In this document: piece by piece, positions 58,955 to 64,000 of the stretch
Layout: every line of letters begins with the position of its first letter
How positions within the stretch are numbered: the stretch's first letter is position 1
Source of the DNA: Candidatus Latescibacterota bacterium
GTDB lineage: Bacteria; Latescibacterota; UBA2968; UBA8231
Length of the DNA stretch: 64,000 nucleotides
Assembly (NCBI GenBank): GCA_965204725.1
Contig: OZ242005.1
Coordinates: forward strand, 4,544,001-4,608,000
Direction of reading: 5' to 3'
Position numbers and translations under genes: made by a program
Notes under the pieces: model-generated
The model's input: the letters and a program-made list of their open reading frames with translations, nothing else
The model's database searches: none
What the model was told of the DNA's origin: nothing

Positions 58955-60316
58955 ATGATCGACCCAAAGGCCGTGCGCGCCCATCCCGACGCCCTGCGCG
59001 AAGCGATCCGGGTGCGGAAAGTTGACCCGGCCAAAGCCAATGTGGATCGCTGGTTGGCCCTCGACGCGGCGCGACAACAGTTGCAACGAGACATCGACGC
59101 GCTCAATAGCCAAAAAAAGCAACTAGCGCGGCTCGGCCGCACCGACCCGGACGCGGCGCGCCAACAGGGACGGGAGTTGCGCGAGCGCGGGCGGGTGCTG
59201 GAGCACGAGTTGGAAACCATCGTCGCCGAGTGGCAAGCCATCATGGATTGGTTCCCCAACTGGCCGCATCCCGACATGCCCACCGGGGCTAGCGAGGAAG
59301 ACAACGTCGAGGAGAAAGCCTGGATTCCGGGGCGGGGCTACCTAGCCGCCGACAAGCTGGGCCGTGGAAACACCAGCGCACCATACATGCCCAAGCGGCC
59401 CCTGCACGCCCCAGACGATGCGTTCGCGCCCCTCCATCACGCCGAGCTCGGCGTCCGATTGGGCGGCATTGACACCTTGCAGGGCGGCCAAGTCTCCGGC
59501 TCGCGCTTTGCCTATTTGCGCGGCGATGTGGCGCGGATGCAATACGCCCTGAGCCAACTCCTCATTGACGAACTGTTAAGGCGCGGGTACGAGATGTTCG
59601 TGCCGCCGCTCCTAGTGAGAGCGCGGGCACTATACGGCACCTCGCACTTTCCCGAAGGGCGCGACCAAGTCTATGCGATCAAAACCGATAACGTAGAAGA
59701 AGGGGCCGAGCTTTTTCTCGTCGGGTCGTCTGAGCCAGCTAATTTCAGCTACTTCATGAACCAGACCTTGAGCGCGGCCGAGTTGCCAGTCAAGCTCTTC
59801 GCCTATACGGCCTGCTTTCGCTCGGAAGCCGGGTCTTGGGGCCAAGACGTCAAGGGCATCAAGCGCATGCACCAATTCGACAAAATCGAAATGAACGCCG
59901 TGTGCCTGCCCGAGCAATCCGAGGCCCTGTACGAAGAATTTGGCCAAATCAACGAATGGCTCCTGCAAAAGCTGGCCTTGCCCTACCGGGTCGTCGATAA
60001 GTGCCACGGCGACGCCGGCTACTTAGCCAGCCATCGGCAGCGGGACGTGGACGTGTGGATGTCTGGGGCGGGCGAGTTCATGGAGGTAATGACCGACACC
60101 AACGCCACGGACTATCAGGCCCGGCGCTTGAACATCCGCTACAAGGGCGCGGGCGGGCGGGGTTTTTGCCACCTCGTCAACGACACGGGTTGCGCGATGG
60201 GCCGGCTGCTGATCGCCATTTTGGACAACTATCAACAACCCGACGGCGCGGTGCAGGTCCCCGAAGCCTTGCAACGGGTCGTGCAGAAAAGCGTCCTGCA
60301 ACCCAAAGGCGCGTGA
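58955..60316 (+). CDS. serS: Serine--tRNA ligase
   Basis: MIDPK N-terminal coiled coil; CFRSEAG, RMHQFDKIE, DYQARRLNIR, GRLLIAILDNYQ. Confidence 0.95.
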   Translation: MIDPKAVRAHPDALREAIRVRKVDPAKANVDRWLALDAARQQLQRDIDALNSQKKQLARLGRTDPDAARQQGRELRERGRVLEHELETIVAEWQAIMDWFPNWPHPDMPTGASEEDNVEEKAWIPGRGYLAADKLGRGNTSAPYMPKRPLHAPDDAFAPLHHAELGVRLGGIDTLQGGQVSGSRFAYLRGDVARMQYALSQLLIDELLRRGYEMFVPPLLVRARALYGTSHFPEGRDQVYAIKTDNVEEGAELFLVGSSEPANFSYFMNQTLSAAELPVKLFAYTACFRSEAGSWGQDVKGIKRMHQFDKIEMNAVCLPEQSEALYEEFGQINEWLLQKLALPYRVVDKCHGDAGYLASHRQRDVDVWMSGAGEFMEVMTDTNATDYQARRLNIRYKGAGGRGFCHLVNDTGCAMGRLLIAILDNYQQPDGAVQVPEALQRVVQKSVLQPKGA

Positions 60317-61194
60317 TGGGCGAGCGACTCGATGGCCGGGCGATTGCGGCCCAAGTGCAAGAAGAGCTGCGGGCAGACATCGCGCTCCTAAAGCGAGAGC
60401 ACGGTCTGGTGCCGGGTTTGGCGGTCGTGCTGGTGGGGGACGATCCGGCCTCGCTGTCCTACGTGCGCGCCAAGGGCCGGGCGTGCGAAGCCCTCGGCAT
60501 TCACTCCGTGCAAGTAGATCTGCCGGCCAACGCCGCGACCGCGGATGTGCTGGCCACGGTCGAGCGGCTCAACGCCGACGACGCGATCCACGGCATCTTG
60601 GTGCAGCTACCGCTGCCGGGCCAAGACGAGCAACAAGTTCTCAACGCCATTGACCCAGACAAGGATGTCGATGGCTTGCACCCGGTCAATTTGGGCCGCC
60701 TCGTGCGGCAGGAGGAGTGCTTTTGGCCCTGTACGCCGCACGGGGTTTTGCAGATCCTCAGCCGTAGCGGGGTCGAGGTGGCCGGCCAGCACGTGGTCGT
60801 AGTTGGCCGCAGTACGCTCGTGGGGCGGCCCGTAGCCATCTTGCTGGGGCACAAGGCGGCCGGGGCCAACGCCACGGTGACCCTGTGTCACACCCGCACC
60901 CGCGACCTCGGGCACTTTACGCGCCAAGCGGACATCCTAGTGGTGGCGGCTGGGTTTCCTCGCGGGATCACGGCGGATATGGTCAAAGAGGACGCGGTAG
61001 TAATCGACGTGGGCATCAACCAAGTAGAAGACCCCTCGCGCGAGCGCGGCTGGCGGCTCGTCGGCGACGTAGATTACCAACAGGTGCGCCCCAAGGTCCG
61101 TGCGATCACGCCCGTGCCCAACGGGGTCGGGCCGATGACGATCGCGCTGTTGCTCCACAACACCGTGCGGGCGGCCAAGCGCAAAGTTAGATAG
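60316..61194 (+). CDS. folD: Bifunctional methylenetetrahydrofolate dehydrogenase/cyclohydrolase
   Basis: GILVQLPLP, KDVDGLH, PCTP, TPVPNGVGPMT. Confidence 0.95.
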   Translation: MGERLDGRAIAAQVQEELRADIALLKREHGLVPGLAVVLVGDDPASLSYVRAKGRACEALGIHSVQVDLPANAATADVLATVERLNADDAIHGILVQLPLPGQDEQQVLNAIDPDKDVDGLHPVNLGRLVRQEECFWPCTPHGVLQILSRSGVEVAGQHVVVVGRSTLVGRPVAILLGHKAAGANATVTLCHTRTRDLGHFTRQADILVVAAGFPRGITADMVKEDAVVIDVGINQVEDPSRERGWRLVGDVDYQQVRPKVRAITPVPNGVGPMTIALLLHNTVRAAKRKVR

Positions 61195-61208
61195 TGGGAG
61201 ACTACACC

Positions 61209-62783
61209 ATGCGCTTCTTCAACACCGCTGGCCCTATCAAGCCCGAAAGGCATTACTGCATCCCGCCGCTGGAACGCTTGGACCTCGACGATGTGCGCGC
61301 CCTCATCCGAGACGAGAAGTACTTTGTCCTGCACGCGCCCCGGCAAACGGGCAAGACTTCGGCTCTGCTGGCCTTGCGCGACCTGCTCAACGCCGAGGGC
61401 GTCTATCGTTGCGTGTATGTCAACGTCGAAAGTGGGCAAGCCGCACGCGAAGATGTGGAACGAGTGACGCGCACCGTTTTGGCCGGATTGGCGTCCCGGG
61501 CGCGTTTGACCCTGGGCGATGAGTTTTTGGGCCAAATTTGGCCCGGTATCCTCACGGAGGTCGGTCCAGACTTTGCCCTACAGGAGGCATTGACGCGCTG
61601 GGCCGCGGCGTCCCCGAAACCGCTGGTACTGCTCATCGACGAGATAGACGCCCTGATCGGCGACGCACTTCTGTCCGTGTTGCGGCAGTTGCGGGCGGGC
61701 TACGACCTGCGCCCCGAGGGGTTTCCGCAAAGCGTGGTGCTGTGCGGTGTGCGCGATGTGCGCGATTACCGCATCCATTCCAGTTCGGCCAACGCCCTCA
61801 TTGCCGGAGGGAGCGCGTTCAACATCAAGGCACAGTCGTTGCGCTTGGGCGACTTTTCGCAAGACGAGGTGCAGGCCCTGCTCGGCCAACATACCGATGA
61901 AACGGGTCAGGTGTTCACGCCAGACGCACTGGCGACGATCTGGACGCAGACCCAAGGGCAGCCGTGGCTGGTCAACGCCTTGGCAGACCAAACCTGCTTC
62001 CGCGATGGGGCCGCAGACCGGCGCGATCCAATCACAGCCGCGACCATCGTCGAAGCGCAAGAGCAGCTCATCCTCCGCCGCGAAACGCATCTCGACCAGT
62101 TGGCGGACAAGCTCCAAGAGGAGCGCGTACGGCGCATCGTGGAACCGCTGTTGAGCGGGGCCGAAAAGAGCGAGTTTTCGACCCCAGATCTCGAATACGT
62201 CCGCGATTTGGGCTTGATCGCCCAGAATGATCCGCTCCGCATCGCCAATCCCATTTATGCGGAAATCGTGCCGCGCGAACTGACCTATGCCACCCAATCG
62301 GGACTCGTCCAAGACACGGCTTGGTACGTCCATGCCGATGGCAACTTGGACGTAGCCAAATTGCTGACCGCGTTCCAGACCTTTTTCCGCGAACACTCCG
62401 AGCATTGGGTTAAGCGATTTCAGTATCAAGAAGCTGGACCCCAACTGTTGCTTCAAGCGTTTTTGCAACGGATCGTCAACAGCGGCGGGCGGATTGAGCG
62501 CGAGTATGGCTTGGGTCGCATGCGCACCGACCTGCTCATCGTCTGGCCGCAGGGCGAGCACACGCGCAAGTTCGTAATTGAGTGCAAAGTGCTCCACAAG
62601 AGCTTAGAGCAAACTATCGCCGAGGGGTTGGAGCAGACCGCCGAGTATATGGATCGCTGCGATGCAGAAGCGGGTCATCTGATGATTTTCGACCGGCGCG
62701 CAGGTCGGCGTTGGGACGACAAGGTGTTTCGGGATCGCCGCGTGTCGGACCGTGGGACAGAGATCGACATCTGGGGGATGTGA
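61209..62783 (+). CDS. AAA-like ATPase with C-terminal PD-(D/E)xK nuclease domain; copy A
   Basis: RFFNTAGP, Walker A HAPRQTGKTS, Walker B LLIDEID, REYGLGRMRTDL...VIECK. Confidence 0.85.
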   Translation: MRFFNTAGPIKPERHYCIPPLERLDLDDVRALIRDEKYFVLHAPRQTGKTSALLALRDLLNAEGVYRCVYVNVESGQAAREDVERVTRTVLAGLASRARLTLGDEFLGQIWPGILTEVGPDFALQEALTRWAAASPKPLVLLIDEIDALIGDALLSVLRQLRAGYDLRPEGFPQSVVLCGVRDVRDYRIHSSSANALIAGGSAFNIKAQSLRLGDFSQDEVQALLGQHTDETGQVFTPDALATIWTQTQGQPWLVNALADQTCFRDGAADRRDPITAATIVEAQEQLILRRETHLDQLADKLQEERVRRIVEPLLSGAEKSEFSTPDLEYVRDLGLIAQNDPLRIANPIYAEIVPRELTYATQSGLVQDTAWYVHADGNLDVAKLLTAFQTFFREHSEHWVKRFQYQEAGPQLLLQAFLQRIVNSGGRIEREYGLGRMRTDLLIVWPQGEHTRKFVIECKVLHKSLEQTIAEGLEQTAEYMDRCDAEAGHLMIFDRRAGRRWDDKVFRDRRVSDRGTEIDIWGM

Positions 62784-62856
62784 AGAAGGGTACGCACGGG
62801 GGCATGGGCAGACGGGCGGCTGATCGGAACAGACCATTGAACGGGAGACTTAAACC

Positions 62857-64000
62857 ATGCGCTTTTTCACTACCGCCGGCCCCATCAAGCCGGCAAGGCA
62901 CTATTGCATCCCGCCGCTGGAACGCTTAGACCTTGACGATGTACTCGCCCTCATTCGGGACGAGAAGTATTTCGTCCTGCACGCACCTCGGCAGACGGGC
63001 AAGACTTCGGCCCTGCTGGCCTTGCGCGACCTGCTCAACGCCGAGGGCGTCTATCGTTGCGTGTACGTCAACGTCGAAGGCGGGCAAGCCGCACGCGAAG
63101 ATGTGGAACAAGTGACGCGCACCATTCTGGGCGAGTTGGCGTCCCGGGCGCGTTCAGTAGGCGACGAATTTCTAGACGAGATTTGGCTCGACATCTTGAC
63201 CAAACACGGTCCGCACGCTGCCTTGCGCGAGGCGTTGACGCGCTGGGCCGCGGCGTCCCCGAAACCGCTGGTGCTGCTCATCGACGAGATCGATGCCCTG
63301 ATCGGCGACGCGCTCCTGTCCGTGTTGCGACAGTTGCGAGCGGGCTATGACCTGCGCCCAGAGGGATTTCCGCAAAGCGTGGTGCTGTGCGGTGTGCGCG
63401 ATGTGCGCGATTACCGCATCCATTCCAGTTCGGCCAACTCGACTATCACCGGAGGGAGCGCGTTCAACATCAAGGCACAGTCGTTGCGTCTCGGCGACTT
63501 TTCGCAAGACGAGGTGCAGGCCCTGCTCGGCCAACACACCGATGAAACGGGTCAGGTGTTCACGCCAGACGCATTGGCGACGATCTGGACGCAGACCCAA
63601 GGGCAGCCGTGGCTGGTCAATGCTTTGGCAGACCAAACCTGCTTCCGCGATGGGGCCGCAGACCGGCGCGATCCAATCACAGCCGCAGCCATCGTCGAGG
63701 CGCAAGAGCACCTCATCCTCCGCCGCGAGACGCATCTCGACCAGTTGGCGGACAAGCTCCAAGAGGAGCGCGTGCGGCGCATCGTGGAGCCGCTGTTGAG
63801 CGGGGCCGAGGAACGCCACTTTACCGACCGCGATTTGGAATACGTGCGCGATCTCGGCCTCGTCGCGCAGGAGCGCCCCCTCCGCATCGCCAATCCGATC
63901 TACGCCGAGGTCATCCCCCGCGAACTGACCTGGGTCATTCAAGAGGAGTTTGATCAGGACACGGCCTGGTACATCCATGCCGACGGCAACTTGGATGTGG
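62857..64000 (+). CDS. AAA-like ATPase paralog; copy B (runs off the window)
   Basis: ATG 62857 reads MRFFTTAGP...HAPRQTGKTS; near-identical core to copy A; open to the window end. Confidence 0.85.
   Translation, partial: MRFFTTAGPIKPARHYCIPPLERLDLDDVLALIRDEKYFVLHAPRQTGKTSALLALRDLLNAEGVYRCVYVNVEGGQAAREDVEQVTRTILGELASRARSVGDEFLDEIWLDILTKHGPHAALREALTRWAAASPKPLVLLIDEIDALIGDALLSVLRQLRAGYDLRPEGFPQSVVLCGVRDVRDYRIHSSSANSTITGGSAFNIKAQSLRLGDFSQDEVQALLGQHTDETGQVFTPDALATIWTQTQGQPWLVNALADQTCFRDGAADRRDPITAAAIVEAQEHLILRRETHLDQLADKLQEERVRRIVEPLLSGAEERHFTDRDLEYVRDLGLVAQERPLRIANPIYAEVIPRELTWVIQEEFDQDTAWYIHADGNLDV

Overview
GC-rich bacterial chromosomal window, mostly accessory and catabolic genes. It holds five PhyH-type 2OG-Fe(II) dioxygenases, two Gfo/Idh/MocA oxidoreductases, a sulfatase, two enolase-superfamily dehydratases, a CE15 esterase, an Mrp Na+/H+ antiporter operon, and housekeeping genes (purN, hflX, serS, folD). 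This content suggests a marine, possibly sponge-associated heterotroph (inference only). Most notable: (1) a tandem array of at least five FN3 + PQQ glucose/sorbosone-dehydrogenase paralogs (1-7520). They have hypervariable loops, apparently lack the catalytic His/Asp, and two junctions are interrupted only by a single TGA or a G-run frameshift. (2) Three AT-richer defence-like cassettes, each just downstream of a PhyH gene: a PD-(D/E)xK-type nuclease flanked by a duplicated gene 3' end, Mrr, and a coupled beta-flower + HEPN gene pair. (3) A Bacteroidetes-style TonB receptor/DUF4374/PepSY island with a 20-bp periodic upstream repeat. (4) Tandem mosaic AAA-ATPase/nuclease genes at the right edge. 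No rRNA, tRNA, CRISPR array, transposase or integrase was seen. All calls come from reading motifs by eye; no database searches were run.
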